Shown here piece after piece: positions 23,331-36,904 of a stretch of 64,000 nt of DNA; within the stretch, counting starts at the first letter, position 1; the number at the start of each line of letters is the position of its first letter. The stretch is from Camelus ferus (Eukaryota). The stretch spans positions 77,192,001 through 77,256,000 of the forward strand of contig NC_045697.1 of NCBI RefSeq assembly GCF_009834535.1, read 5' to 3'. The notes beneath the pieces were generated by a model that searched no databases, was not told where the DNA came from, and saw only the letters and a list, made by a program, of their open reading frames with translations. A program made the position numbers and the translations under genes.

Positions 23331-24130
23331 AGGACTTCCCAGTCTTAATATGACCCTCCAGTCCCTAGTTCTAGTCCATTCCCAAAGCTCAGTTGAATCC
23401 TTCATTTAGGCTCCATGCAAGACACTCCTATGTCCTTAGAGTAAACTCTGATTCTTGCTAAAGTGAAGTCAAGTTCATGTTTATTCCTTTCACTGAAATA
23501 ACAAATATATGAAGATCTTTCAAACTTATTAAAAAAAAAAACCCACTAAGATCTCAATGGGAAACAGGCAAAAGGCATAAGTGATTCTTGGAAAAGTAAA
23601 TTTAAAATGCCTAATAAACATACGAAAAATAGTAAGCATCACTCACTGATAGTCACAGAAATGCAAAAACAACAGTGCAGTAGACCCCATTTCCTTTTTT
23701 TAACCTATCAAATAGCAAAGAAAAACAAAGATAATACTCAAAGCATAATGCATGTCATGATGCGGGAGCTCTTCTGGACTGCTAGTGAGAGTGTAAAGTG
23801 ATTGTATAATTCAGAGTCCCAACAGGAAACAGATGGCTCAGTCAGATAAGGGTAATTAGAGGAGCCTTTATATACAAAGGACTATTCACAGAGCTGTGGG
23901 TGCAGGGGAGCTGCCAGGGATGGTGCAGTAACCCTGGGCTGGTAGTGGGGATTGGAGTCAGGTGGACCCAAGGCCACTTCGAGGGGAGTAGGAGCCCTGA
24001 GTTGAGGGACCTGGCCGGACAGTCACTCAGAAATTATCTCCTGATTATTCCTTTAAGTATTATCATTCATTAAAACTGGCATTGCAGAATTCTCAGTCTT
24101 CCTGGTCCAGCTTAAGCCTTCAGGTGCTTT

Positions 24131-24227
24131 TTTTTTTTTTTTTTTAAATGGAGGTACTGGGGATTGAACCTGGGACCCCGTGCATGCTAAGCATGCACTC
24201 TACCACTGAGCTATACTTACCCACCCT
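24131..24227 (-). mobile_element. Camelid tRNA-derived SINE (short-tail form)
   Basis: Well-preserved tRNA-Ala-like head; TSD TCAGGTGCTTT at 24120-24130 and 24228-24238. Confidence 0.9.
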
Positions 24228-24859
24228 CAGGTGCTTTATTAAATTATTTTTTAAGAAAAAGCTAGTTTTTTTCAGTCAAGCCCCTAGGTATTGTTTTCCC
24301 TCTTTTTCACTGGTGGAAATTGATGTCAGCACTCCTTTTGCTGGACTCATAGTTCACATGATGATGGCTAAGATGCAACAGAGTCTGGACACCGCCATCA
24401 GCTCCTGCCGTGCATACTGCACAGTCCCCCTCCCTGAAGTCCTGGGAGGCAGTGCCCACATCATCCCCCACTTACTGAGCATCTCATGGAACACTGAGGT
24501 GTAAACCCGGCCTGTCCCCTCTCAGACCTCCACTCCCAAAATCTCTTCTGTTTTATAGTCACAGAATCTTCTCTCTCTTTGAAAAAAAATTATAAAATGG
24601 TATATCTTCAGGCTTCGATTGTGCTGATTCAATTGAAAAAGAGCTTTCAACTCTACTAAAACTTGATGGGTTCATAGTCTGAAATGTGTACTTGAGTTCT
24701 ATAAGAGCTATGAGATTAAATTTTAAAATGTACCACAAAGATGACCTAGCTGTACCAATTACATGTGGAAACTCGTTTATGATCTAAACGTATAAAGTTG
24801 CCTATAGCCTTTTTAAAAGATTTCTAAGCAAGTAAATAAACTTTAAAATTTTTTCCCTT

Positions 24860-25021
24860 GTTTTTATAATATATCTTTTTTGAAGAGTGATTTACATATG
24901 AATTTTTTAGGGGGTGGGTAATTTGATTTATCTCTTTATTTTTAGAGGAGGTACTGGGGATTAAACCCAGCACCTTATGCATGCTAAGCATACTCTCTGC
25001 CACTTGAGCTATACCCTCCCC
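24860..25021 (-). mobile_element. Camelid tRNA-derived SINE
   Basis: GGAGGTACTGGGGATTAAACCCAG...TGAGCTATACCCTCCCC. Confidence 0.9.
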
Positions 25022-25479
25022 TATAAATAAACTGTTGAATAAAGTTTCAAGTAAACTTCTTCTCTGAAAGAAGTAGTTGGCTTTCAAAAGAGAAAATTAA
25101 GTTAATGTCAATTAATCTAACTTTAATTAATCTGACTAATTCTTGGTGCGAAGTCATAGTGTCAAGTGTGACTTAAGGCAACCTGAGAATACTGGGCAAG
25201 GAACTTCAAAAGACAGTTTGGGGTCAGCATCATATTTTTTTGTAGCAAGATTATAGCAAAATTATAGTTAATCTAATATGTAGCTGGCTCCTGTCACCTA
25301 AAATCAGTCATTCAATCTCCCTCTCCCCCACAAAGAAAGTAGTCCACTGTCTTAAATTTTGAAGTTATTCTCTTAAGTGCTCATAAAATAATACATAGTA
25401 GTATAGTTGTTGAAATCTGAATTTCAAGATGGGTGATGAAAATTTGATAACTCACTGAGAATAACTTATTATCTAAATG

Positions 25480-25680
25480 TTTAAAAGGTACTTTCTGTAC
25501 ACATGACCTCACGTAACTTCTGTACAACCTTGTCATATGGTTATTACTCTTTTCTAAATGGGAACACTGAGGCCCAAAAATGTTAATTAAATTATTCACA
25601 CAGTAACTTATGGAGCCAGGACTTAAATCCAGGTCCTCTGGTGATGAATCCCATATGTGCTTTCAGTAAACTATACTGCC
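25480..25680 (-). mobile_element. MIR SINE remnant
   Basis: AAATGGGAACACTGAGGCCC...GGAGCCAGGACTTAAATCCAGGTC. Confidence 0.65.
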
Positions 25681-26777
25681 CCAGTTTTTTCCTCTCTCTT
25701 TTGGAGTGCACAAATAATAAACTAGACTTGGGCAAACCCAGGATTAATCTTACAGAGGAAATTCTCTTAATTCCCAGATGATAAAAATGAACAAGACAAG
25801 TAGCAAGAAACAGCTTGATGTTTGAAGGTACCCCGATTTTCATGTCCATTTCTTTCTATTTGCGTATCCAGACCCTGCCCATTGGAGCCCTGCCTCCAGC
25901 ATTCCTTAACAGCTCTGTGCTCTCTCACTTGTCTGAGCTTTCATTGGTACAATGCCACTAACACTTGATTCCACTGTTTCTATCGTCAATGATTATGGGA
26001 TATAGAATGTAGATTTCCTGCTGTGTTTTGTACTTGTTAATTCAGTTAAACTAGACATTCTCTGAGGTCAGGGACCATGTGTGATAACTTTTGTACTTTG
26101 AAGTGCATAATTCCGGATTAGAAACTCCAAGTGTGGGGATTGATTTCTGTTTTTCCTTCACAGCATACTTTATTTGTTGGAACTCTGACTGAACCTCACA
26201 TTTAAAGAAAAGCAGGACCACTGTGTGGAGTGAGCACACAAAGTTTCCAGGCTTTGTGCTTACTCAGGGGCGCACATCTAAGAGGTGGCATTTGTATCGT
26301 GGACATTGTAGACAGGTCAGTTTATGATGCTTTTCTCTTAAATGACCGTAAATGTATCAATGGAAGGAGAACTGACTTTTATATTCACTCAAAGACCACT
26401 GTGGGTCAGTGCGAAAATCCTGACCACTGCCACATAGAGGAGATACGTGTATTACAGTCAACTTTAAGTTTACCCAGAGATTGAGTCAAAACAAAAATAT
26501 TTGAAGTCTGACTGAAAATGGCAATTGGATGGGAGGAGAAATAACCAAATCCCTGTAATGGAGCATAAAACTTTTCTAAAATTACTTTCACAACAACCTT
26601 GAAAAAAAAGTTTATTGGAAATAAGAGTATTCTCTTGAAAGATAGTTCTAGGTTTCAATAAGAAACAGTGACTAAATGACGAATTTGTAAAGCTGTGTTT
26701 TAAGTGTTACACCATGATTGAGTTCACACTCTTAACTTTTTCTAAGACCTGGGCACGTATGAAGACACATCTAAGTT

Positions 26778-26908
26778 GGGAGAGGGTATAGCTCAGTGCT
26801 AGAGTGCATGCCTAGCGTGCTTGGGGTCCTGGGTTCAATCTCCAGTACTTCCATTAAATAAATAAACAAGCAAAAACCTAAGTACCTCTCCCCTGCACAA
26901 CAACACCC
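26778..26908 (+). mobile_element. Camelid tRNA-derived SINE with TSD
   Basis: GGGAGAGGGTATAGCTCAGTG...; flanking direct repeat ACACATCTAAG. Confidence 0.9.
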
Positions 26909-28043
26909 ACACATCTAAGCCTAAGCTAGAAGCTTTGTAAATGAATTAAACCGAAAAGTATTTTCTTTTCTCAGACGTTATAAGTAGTAACTTTGCTGCC
27001 TTTGTACTGAAAAAACTCACAGTAGAACTGAAAACATACTAACTATTTCAGTTGACATATCTGTCAAAATTAGAAGCAAAATCCTGAGTAGTCAATGACT
27101 GTAGTATCTAAAATACAGAAACTTCAAAGAGCTACATCCAGTATGTAAGGGACAGGTCTAAAAAGGTTCATTTGTTTGTCATGTAAGAAGTTAGTTTTTT
27201 TAAAAACCACTTCGTTTAATGGTCCCCTTCATCTTCTGGTCATAGAAGCCAGATGCCAACTCTGTGATGGCCTCTTCACCTTCACGTCCTAACTGAAGGG
27301 CAGTGTGGAATTGTGCCTGACCTGATAAGAATACATCTTGAAAAATGTTATCACCTATTTCTCATCTTTAAAAATATTCATGCTAAAGGATGACACATCA
27401 AAGGGAGAGTGAAATTTTGGAGCCGGTGGATGTGTCTCATCTGGCTGTGCTGATGCAAATCGTCAGGTGGCTCATTCTGTTTCCTTGGGCAGCAGTCTAG
27501 AAGTTGAGTGTGACTGTAGTGGCACGGTGTTTGAGTCACTGAACTCGGTTGTTGTTTTACTCCACGTCAACTAAACTTACAGTTCTGTGTTTTCTGTTGA
27601 GTTTTTGATGTTTACATTCTGATGCTAAAATCATCAGTTTTTAGCAAAGCTTGATATTGGAAATAGCCAAGTGAAATAAAATTTTGTTTTCCACCCCCGA
27701 CCCCAAATTGAAGATTCTGTTAGCAATTTTTATCTCTTATGAAGGGTTACATTTCCTAGTTTAGGACCCAGCAAAAATTCTTTTGACAAACTAGTTCCTT
27801 CCTGTTAGGTGATAAGAGGGAAGTAAGACAGCCTGACCTTCCTGCCAGACCTTTTGAAGGCAAGAGCCAAGCTTTATGCCTCACTATGATAGCTTTCCTT
27901 GGCCAAACATCAACAGTTCTTAGCTTTTATTTTTTAACACCTGTTTTAAATTTTTGGTAACTCCATATTCTGTGGGAACTGAATGGGATCATAAATAATG
28001 ATTGATAAATCAATCTGTAATGTCAATGCAGTAAGATTTTCAT

Positions 28044-28138
28044 GGAGGAGGATGAGCACAGCTCAGTGGTAGAGCGTGTGCTTAGCACACATGAGATCCT
28101 GAGTTCAATCCCCAGTACCTCCATTAAAAAAAAAAGGA
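28044..28138 (+). mobile_element. Camelid tRNA-derived SINE
   Basis: AGCTCAGTGGTAGAGCGTGTGCTTAGC...GTTCAATCCCCAGTACCTCCA plus poly(A); TSD AAGATTTTCAT / AAGCTTTTCAT. Confidence 0.9.
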
Positions 28139-28149
28139 AAGCTTTTCAT

Positions 28150-28600
28150 AGAACCTGATAAACTAATTTTGAAATTCATTTGAAAAAAATAGAATAGTCA
28201 AAATTTTGAAAAAGAACAATGAGAGGGACCTGTTGTAACAGGTGTCACCTAAGATTAGCATAACTAAGACTGTAGTATTGATTCAGGAATATCTAAATGG
28301 ATGAATATCTAAAAAACTGAGTAGAGAAACAGACTATATATTAGCGGGAATTTAGTATTATTAAAGGTGCATTTCAGACCAGTGAGAGAAGGGTAAGTTA
28401 TTCGGTTAATGATTTGGGGATAATTGATTATCTATTTGTGGAAATAAAGAAGTGTATGCTTGTACTTCATACATTCATAAAACAGATTTCATATGATTTT
28501 AAGAACTCAATATGAGAAACTTTGGAAGTACTAGAAGAAATTATAGGAGAATATTTACAATCTTAGATATGAGCTATACGTGAAAATATTGATCAATTTC
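28150..28600 (+). mobile_element. Very old L1 (L1ME-like) ORF2 remnant
   Basis: A-rich decayed L1 text, e.g. AAGTACTAGAAGAAATTATAGGAGAATAT. Confidence 0.55.
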
Positions 28601-30469
28601 ATTTTAAACTATTTACACCCAAGTCATCAAATTTGTAAAAAGACTTGTCCCATTATTAGCATATTGGTAAAACTCTTAATAAACCAACCCATACTTTTAA
28701 TGGCAGCATACTATTTCATAATGCAGCTGTACCATTGTTCACATAACAATTCTCAGTTGCATTTCAGATTCTCACATAAAATTCCTTATACTCTCGAATG
28801 AATTTGTTTTCTGAAAGACGATGCTCTGCACTGGTTCAGAAAATCCAGGAAAAGCATGAACTAGAAGACCCTCTTGATCCAGATCCTTTCTTAGCATTTC
28901 ACGTTTGATTTTCTGATTAGCTTAAGAAGTACCCTTTCACATTTGTTCTTTTTAAAAAGTGACTTTGTAAAATTGCATATTAATATTGCTCTTAAAGTTA
29001 ATTCATTTTTAGTAAGTATTTTATTGTTACTAATTTATTTGTTCCCCTATTTTATATGTGACTACCTGGTAAACCATCAGGAATCTAACAAGGTATAAAC
29101 AATCTAGAATTAAAAGATTTTCAAATTTAAGTACTGGAATCTTGTTTTCAAGGGCTGTGCTTGGGTAAAACAGATGAAATAGACACCTGTGGCAAGTGGT
29201 GCTGGGGTTGCAGACTGGTCTGTCTGTGCTTTCCATCTGGCCATCCCTTTAGGTTTATGGGGCACCTCTGCAGATTTCTTGAAACATGCTTTGAAAACCA
29301 TTGATTGACAGTAACGGTGCCTGGGTGAATAAAGCAGAGAGGGGTAGTGAATCAGTGAGTAGACTAGTGAGTTCCCAGGATTTAAGTGCCAGTCTTCTTG
29401 AAAGTGAACGTATTGTGCTTTTGGAAGGTATTTTTGTGTCACCATCTTGTCATTCTTCTAACAGTCCTAAGACTACTGATGCCCTCATAAATTTCTTTGA
29501 ATTGGAGCCTAAAGTATAAGGTCTTCAGCTGCTTCTTTTACCTCAAGGTGAGGTCCACGCCTGACCCAACAAGTCCCGCCTTATGTGAATGAGTTGGGCT
29601 GACGCTGCAGAGAACCCCGCTGGTCAGAAGGCAGGGTAGCGTGGTCTGACTCCCTAGTTCAAGGCAGTAACTAACTGTGTGCTGGCGTTTATCTCTTCTG
29701 TAGGAATAATTTTGTAAGCAGTATGTCTGCAAAAGAACACTTGTCACTCCCTCACCCAGGAGGTGCTCAGAGCTTCAGTGTTTTCTCTCTTCTACAGACA
29801 TGGATGCCACGCTGGGTACCTCAGCTTTCACCCCACTTGCTTTAGTTTAAAGCAGTAGAGAAAGCCCTTGGGTCCAGCCCTTGGGCAGAGAGCTGCAAAT
29901 AACCTTCACCTCCGTCACCATCTCCTGTTCGTCTGGGATATGGAAACTAAGAGAGACAGACTTTCTTTTATTGAATTGAGTCTTTTCATGAGTGTTGCTT
30001 AAGATTAATTCCTGGGTGAGCTTTAATCACATTGCTGATGATGTTTTTCTGCTGCTGACCAGTCGGTTTTATGAGAGCAGGGATCATGTCCCTTCTGCGT
30101 CCGTAGGGCCTGGTCTGGTACCCGGCACATACATGTTACTTACTGTATGAATTTTGTCCGTCTGCCTGACCATGTGGGAGACCTCATATTTCTTTCTTAG
30201 ACATGGCCTGTATTCAGAGCTGCTTTTTCATATCTTAGATAAGAATGCTAGGAACATTTTTGTTTCTTCCCCTCTAGTTGATACAGATCCAAAAAAATTA
30301 CCATTGACATTTCATCTGGTGGTAGGTTCCCCACATTGTTTCTTTTTTTAAATAGGGAGAAGTACCCTCAAAAGACAAATTCGTATCAGTTACCTGTTTT
30401 GTTTTTACTATTTTGTGAGGGAATATTCTTAAAATATTTTCTACTGTAAGACTGTTAGAATTACTATTT

Positions 30470-30615
30470 TTATTATTTTTATTGAAGTTTGGTTGATTTA
30501 CAATGTTAGTTTGAGGTGTACAGCAAAGTGATTCAGTTATACACACACACATATATACTTTTTCAGATTATTTTCCATTATAGGTTATTATAAGATATTG
30601 AATATAGTTCCCTGG
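30470..30615 (-). mobile_element. Short L1 3' end
   Basis: TATTGAAGTTTGGTTGATTTACAATG...TTATTATAAGATATTGAATATAGTTCCCTG. Confidence 0.8.
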
Positions 30616-33600
30616 TTTTTTCTCCATTATATTTAAATTCCAGTGTTAAATCCAAGGGCATTCTGCTTCTGGGTTCTTGGTGTGTGGCCTGTTTTTTATT
30701 TTTATGTTTTTGCTTTTTCTGGGGGGAGGAATTTGTGGGGCCTTTTCTTTGCCCTGCCCTACAAAGAAATGTGGTGCTCGGAAACGTCATAACGATGGGC
30801 CTGGGGCAGATACCTTCATGATTGTGCTGGCTGTTGGTGGGACCTTTGAATCTGGAATCTTATGTTCTTTAGTACTGGGAATTTTTTTTAATTGATGAGT
30901 TCTGATGTTCTCTGAGTGCTTCCTCACTTTGTGGTGCCACAAGATATTCTAGCTCATTTTATATTTTTGCTGCCATAACCTTGGACTTATCTTTTTCTCC
31001 AAAGAACCTAGGTTTCCTTTAGTGGCTATTGGTAATTTAAGAACCAAGATATGGTGTCTGCGTGTGCTCCTTGCTACCAGTTGAAGACCCAGCTAGTGAG
31101 AAAAAAGTAATAAATATATGTATTATCCCTGTGTATTTTGTAACACACTATACATATTTTATGTAACACATATATATATACCATGAGTTCATATGTGATC
31201 CCAAGATTCCCATCTAACATCAAGGGTTAGTATCTAACAGTGAGGAACCTGTCTGCATTTTCTCAATTTATTTAATAATTTGTTCCAGCCTTGAATGCAT
31301 AGAAAATAGAAATTTTAAAATAAGCATTCTGTGCCACTGCTTAGAAAACCTACTCCCTAGAGTTCAGTGTTTGTTTATAGTTCTTTTTTAGGTCAAAATT
31401 ACATATAATGAAATACACACTTCTAGTGTGTATTTTGATGAGTTTTGATAGTGTTTATTTAGACCTGTGTAACCTACATCCCGATAAAGATGAAGAACAT
31501 TTTCATCACACCAGAAAGTTCCCTCTTGCTTTTCTCCATCAGTCATGGGAAAAACTTAAAAGCAGTGATGTACTCGTGGAGATACTGAAGGTAAGAAAGC
31601 CAAGAAAAAACATTTTTAAAGTATGTTCTGTGTTATAAATTCAGTGCTTTTTTAGGCATTGACTTGGGAGACTCCACTCATGGTTTAATGTTTTCTTTGT
31701 TATTTCTAGACAGTAGACTAATGTTTCTTTCAATGCTGGAAGTGCCAATGGTGACTTCAAGGCTGGAGCAAGTGGCTCTGGGTGCATGTGCAAACACAAA
31801 CACATCTCACTTCACGTCAGTCAGCATTTAACTACATAATTAAGAAAAAGGGGGCACTTTCCCTAAAGACTGGGGCCAATGTGCAGAGAATCACTAGAGT
31901 AATAAGAAACACTGTAGTCCAGTCTTTGGTTGAAAAGCGAACTTGGGGAAAGACAGCAAACACCCTTTATTTCTAATTTCCTCACGAAGCTGGGTAGAGC
32001 AGCTGTTGGAACTTGCAGACCCACTTGCTGCGGCCCTCTTGCCTCTCAGGTTTGTGTAAGACTGAGGGGCTGAATGATTGAGGTCACTGCCGGGCCTTTG
32101 GAGAAGTAAAGTAAGGGTGTCCCATTCCCTTCTGTGTCCGCATCTAACACTGATCAGGTAAAGCACCCAAAGTATGATTGTTTTTAGTAGAATTTATTTA
32201 GAACACCAAAGTGAATGGTCTTACTCAGAATGGTGGAAAAGACTTATTTGTCAACTGGCTCTATGACTGAGAGAACTTGATCATCCTGATTGTCACTGCA
32301 ATAGTCACCTGTATCTCCTACTTTGGATCTAGTCATAAAGTGAGCTAATGGGGCCACATTAGATGTTTTAGCCATTTTGAATATTTCTATAATTTGTTAA
32401 CTTCTATAATATAATATAGTAAATTTTTTTCTAGATCATTTTGCTCATTTGCTCCCTGGCATTTTACCAGCAATATGCAGTCAGGGAGGCAGAATTTAAG
32501 TCTGTAAATTTCCCTGGTGCTGCCTCTCTGCCTTTTGAATGGTGTAGTCAGTCCAGGGTGGTGTTAACACTCTGAAAGTACTTGTCAACTTGACTTGTTC
32601 CCAGACACAATGATCGGCCAAGTGTCTCCTGGTCTCACTAGAGGAGGAAAGCCTGAGGGGAGAGGTGTAGCCTTACTTCTTCCATGTACATTTAATGACA
32701 CCTGCCGCCTGGCAGGCTGCCACTTCCCTTCTAAAAATTCAGATCTCAGACTTTGTAAAACCGGGTGTTTACTGTGGCGTGCTTTTGAATGCTCAATAAA
32801 TATATGACTAAAGAAATCACTTCACAGATTCTGTTCAGGTTGTTGGGAAGTGTGGTTCTGCTGTGAGGGGTCCAGCGGGTCTGGTTTGCCTGTGTTCTTC
32901 AGGAATGTCTCAGCGGTCTACCTGGTGGCCTCTCTGCATGAGATTCTGCAGCTTTCTGTGAGCGCAGGAGGGCCAGCATGGGCCTTTTGGGCAGGTTACC
33001 AGACTCCGGCACTAAAGGAGGACAAGCAGCCTCTTGACCAGCCCCTGGAGAGAGCGCCTCACAGACAGGGTGGCTCAGCCTGAGATGCAGATGGAAGGGG
33101 GGTGACCAGAATGACATACGTCCCCAATTAGGACACAGATGGGGACAGTGGGGAGGACTGGTACTACAGTAAATATGAACGAGGGTCTTCTGGAGTTGAG
33201 TTTAAATCTCAGGAACACCGAGTCAAAATTATCCTTTACTTACGATCTGGGCCCTTGATGTTTCACATTGCCACTGAGGCCTGATGAAAAAGGATTTGTC
33301 TGAGACCTTAAAGCTGAGACTTCTCTCACTGAATTCCTTTTACTTTTAAAATACATACATGCAGTTGTCTTTCCGTAGTCAAGTGGCTAGTTTTGTTCTG
33401 TGATTTGGCATCAAAGGAATACCTTGTGAGAGTGTTTCAGCAGACTGCTCTCTGTTCAGCATCAGCCAAATGTTGTGTCAGAATAAACAGGCTGGACATT
33501 TATCATCTCTGCAGAATGCTTAAATTTAATATTTAGAGGAAAAAAGCATTGGATGTCCTTGACATTTACCATGTTTAAAAAAACCCAGCTATCACTTCAT

Positions 33601-36364
33601 TTGGAGAAAATGGAGAAGGTAGAAGGTATTCTTAACGATGGATATTTAATTAAGCCTTGTTGTCCAAGAACAGAACTGAGTAACACACCTTACAGTGGAA
33701 TTTGAAGCCTTATTTATTAAGTGCTGAGCTTTGCTGGGGATTGACTGTCCAATCAGGTGAAACTTGTTATACATCGTTTCCAATCCAAACCCCATTCCAT
33801 CCCTCCCAGCTTTATTTGGTCCTCTTGGACCTCTTTTGGCTGCACGTCTCATATGATAGAAGAAGTCTAGGGAAGCTATGGAAAACACCAGAACGACTGG
33901 AAACGACTTGGCAGTCTTTACTCTTTTTTCCGAAGTCAGGTATTTTTAGCTCCCAAGCACGTGTGTTTAGAATATTCTGTGGTTTTTGTGCTGCAGTCGT
34001 GTTGGGGGAAAGCTGTCTAGAAGGTCTTGGAGGCGGCTCTGCCATAGGGCGGTCTTTGTTGCTGGGCCCTCCGGGTGGCCCAGAGGACTCGGAATCCTGG
34101 GTCTGTCAGTTCAGTGGGCTGGTCCAGCCCCAGTCAGAACAGAGCTGTGCGGGCCCAACTTAGACCTCTTCTTAAAACCATGTTATTAATTTGCAGTCAG
34201 CAATGTTGTATGTTAGCTACAGGACAGTGTTTTCCTTGTATCGAGATATTTTGGAGACGCCAGTAAATCAGAAGGTTGCTCACTGAACAAGGACTCAAGA
34301 GATGTATTGTCCAGACTGCGATGAACAACCCATTTCTCCTACAGGAAATGCAAATTCTTAGTGATTAAATAGCAAAGTACTTCATGGTGACTCAGGAGAC
34401 CTGGGTTCTAGTTCTAGTTCTGCCTCTACCTGTGCAACCTGAGCAGTCCTTTTACCTTTCAGGGCCCTGGTGCCCTTGTCTGAAAAAGAAGGGATAGAAC
34501 CAGGTGACCTGGAGTCTGAGCCTTGGCAGCTCGGACACGGCGTTTTCCTTTCCTTACTGTGCTCCGTGCCTGTGATAAATTCCAGCTGTCCTCCAGATGC
34601 CAGGAGTAGCCTGCATTTTCCACTTTCTCCTTTCTTGGCTGTTGAAGTGAAATGGTCAATTCATAGATTAAAAGCTATTTTAAAGATCACTCCAACACAA
34701 TCATCCATCTCATGCTTTGGGGAGCCCACACTGACTTAAAAGTGATCAGGTCTTTGGGGCCGAGACGTTGCGTTAGGTACTTAGACATCCCTGGGTCCCT
34801 ACCGGCTGGTGGTAGTCAGAGGTCCGCAAGGGGGCTAGAAAAACCCGATTCCTGAACTTAGCTTGGAGAGCAGGATCTAGTTGGGATGGACTAGAATTGA
34901 GAGGCCCACAGCCCCTCCATGGGGGAATTTGGGGAGTTTTGAGACATGTTTTTATTATCTTTTAATTCCATGACCCCGTATGAACCTCAGTTCTAAGGAG
35001 GCTTTTTCTGAAGACTTAATTTAAAATATATTGAGGAGTCTCGTTTGCTTCCTAGTGGATGTTCCTTTTCTGACTTGCTTGTTTGCTCTTAGGTCTGCTA
35101 GTCCGCACTGGTCCGTCGGGAAGCGTGAAGGGTTTGAGATGTTAAGCTACTGGTGCAGCCATGTGGTGGATGTATACACGTGTGTGAGTGAGCGAGCGCT
35201 GTAGGAAGATGGCATCTGGGCGAGCGGAAGGAGTGCTGCTGCAGCCAGATCAACAGCTAGAGCTGGTCCCCGTCCCTGGGCCCACAGGCAGCGCGTGGGG
35301 GCCTGTGGAATTTCTCTATGCAGGTTTCACCCCACCGATGAGACAGAACAGTGTGTTTTCTTCATTTAGAGGCAGTAGCTCCCTTCTCTCCTAAAAGGAG
35401 GGAGAAAAAACCTTTGTTCCTTTGAGATAGGATGGAAAGGGTCCTGGGTTCTGACCCTAACCTTTTAGAATGTAAATGAATCTTTGTGAGGGCAGATTAA
35501 GCATTCTTCTCTTCAGGCTGTTATGACTGGGCGATGTCTCCAAGGTGTGGGCTTCGGTAAATACCTAGAGAGCTAGCCATAGCTATCTGGAGATAGCTCT
35601 TTGGGAACTCAGCCTCCGGGCCTAGTCTGGGCTGCCACCATTTGGCCTTTTGTGGAGATAAGTTTTATCATTCCTTTCTCAGAGCAGTCAGAGAGTCACT
35701 AGACAGATGGCTGTAGATCTAATCCTCAGGGTATGTGAAAAGCAAAATGCATCTAAGTGAAGTGAAAGCAAACATTCTTTATCTTTATATCGTATATATT
35801 TCCATGTCTCAGGAGATTAGGGCTTTTTACAGAAGTATTGAGAAATCCAGGGAAGTTTTATGTCCCCACATCCACCAAGGATGCTTACACAATTCTGATA
35901 TTCCTTTAAAAAAATTAATAGCAACTTAATAAAGAGGTAAAAGGAGTAATTCAGTTGCTTCTATATCATGAGAGTGAAGGTTTCTGGGAATTAGGGCCAA
36001 ATCTCACTGTGATCCAAATAGAAGCCATAGTCTAAGCCTGTATTTTTTTTCTCTCTCTTTAAAAAAAAAAAAAAGCTGATGGTTTGAAGGTTCATTCTTT
36101 TTATTGGTATTGCTCATGCTGGTGAAAATGAAGCAGATGGCAAACTGGGGCATTTTAAATTCCACTGCTGGCTAAAACTATAAGAAAATAAAGCCCTCTG
36201 ATTATGCTACATTGATCAAGTGATTAAAATGAGAAGGATCATTTTGTAACAGAATTTCTCCTCATCTTGACTAGACCCGTGACATGAAAATTCTAGAATA
36301 AAAGGACTGTCATTTAAAAGAGACTATTCATTAATTTGTTTCATTCATTCTGTTGGTCTTACGA

Positions 36365-36722
36365 TAGATCATTCATTTCAGGCTGCTGTGACAAAGCAGC
36401 ACTGACTGGGTGGTCTAAATAAGAGACATTTATCACAGTCCTGGAGGCTGGAAGTCTGAGATCAAGGTGCCGGTAGATTTGATTCCTGGCAAGAACCCTG
36501 TTCCTGTCTTCTCTCCTTGTCCTCACCTGGTGGAGAGAGAAAGCTCCCGTGTCTCCTCCTTTTCCTCTAAGGGCACTGATCCCATCATGGGGCCCCACCC
36601 TCCTGATCTCATCTAAACCTAATTGCCTCCCAAGACCCACCTCCAGATACCATCACATTGGGAATTAAGGCTTCAACATATGAATGAGGTTGGGGGGGGA
36701 GACACACAGTTCATCCATAACA
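36365..36722 (-). mobile_element. MaLR LTR (MLT1A-like)
   Basis: CTGGAGGCTGGAAGTCTGAGATCAAGGTGCC...ATACCATCACATTGGG...TCCATAACA. Confidence 0.85.
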
Positions 36723-36904
36723 AGATTTGAGAGTGACTTCCAGGAAAAAGTGGCAGCTTCAACAAATACATAATGGTTTCCTAAGAAAAAAGAACACAGG
36801 AAAAAAAAAAGAGATATAAACCCACAAGAATAAAGGAATTGGGAAACAAACAGCAGCAACAAAATATTGGCGTTAGAAAGCAGAGGGACAAAAATAAAAA
36901 GCCT

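Noticed and set aside
24147..24222. tRNA-Ala(AGC)-like genes (this and the other SINE heads)
   Set aside because: They have A-rich tails, TSDs and broken acceptor stems, so they are SINE copies and not tRNA genes.
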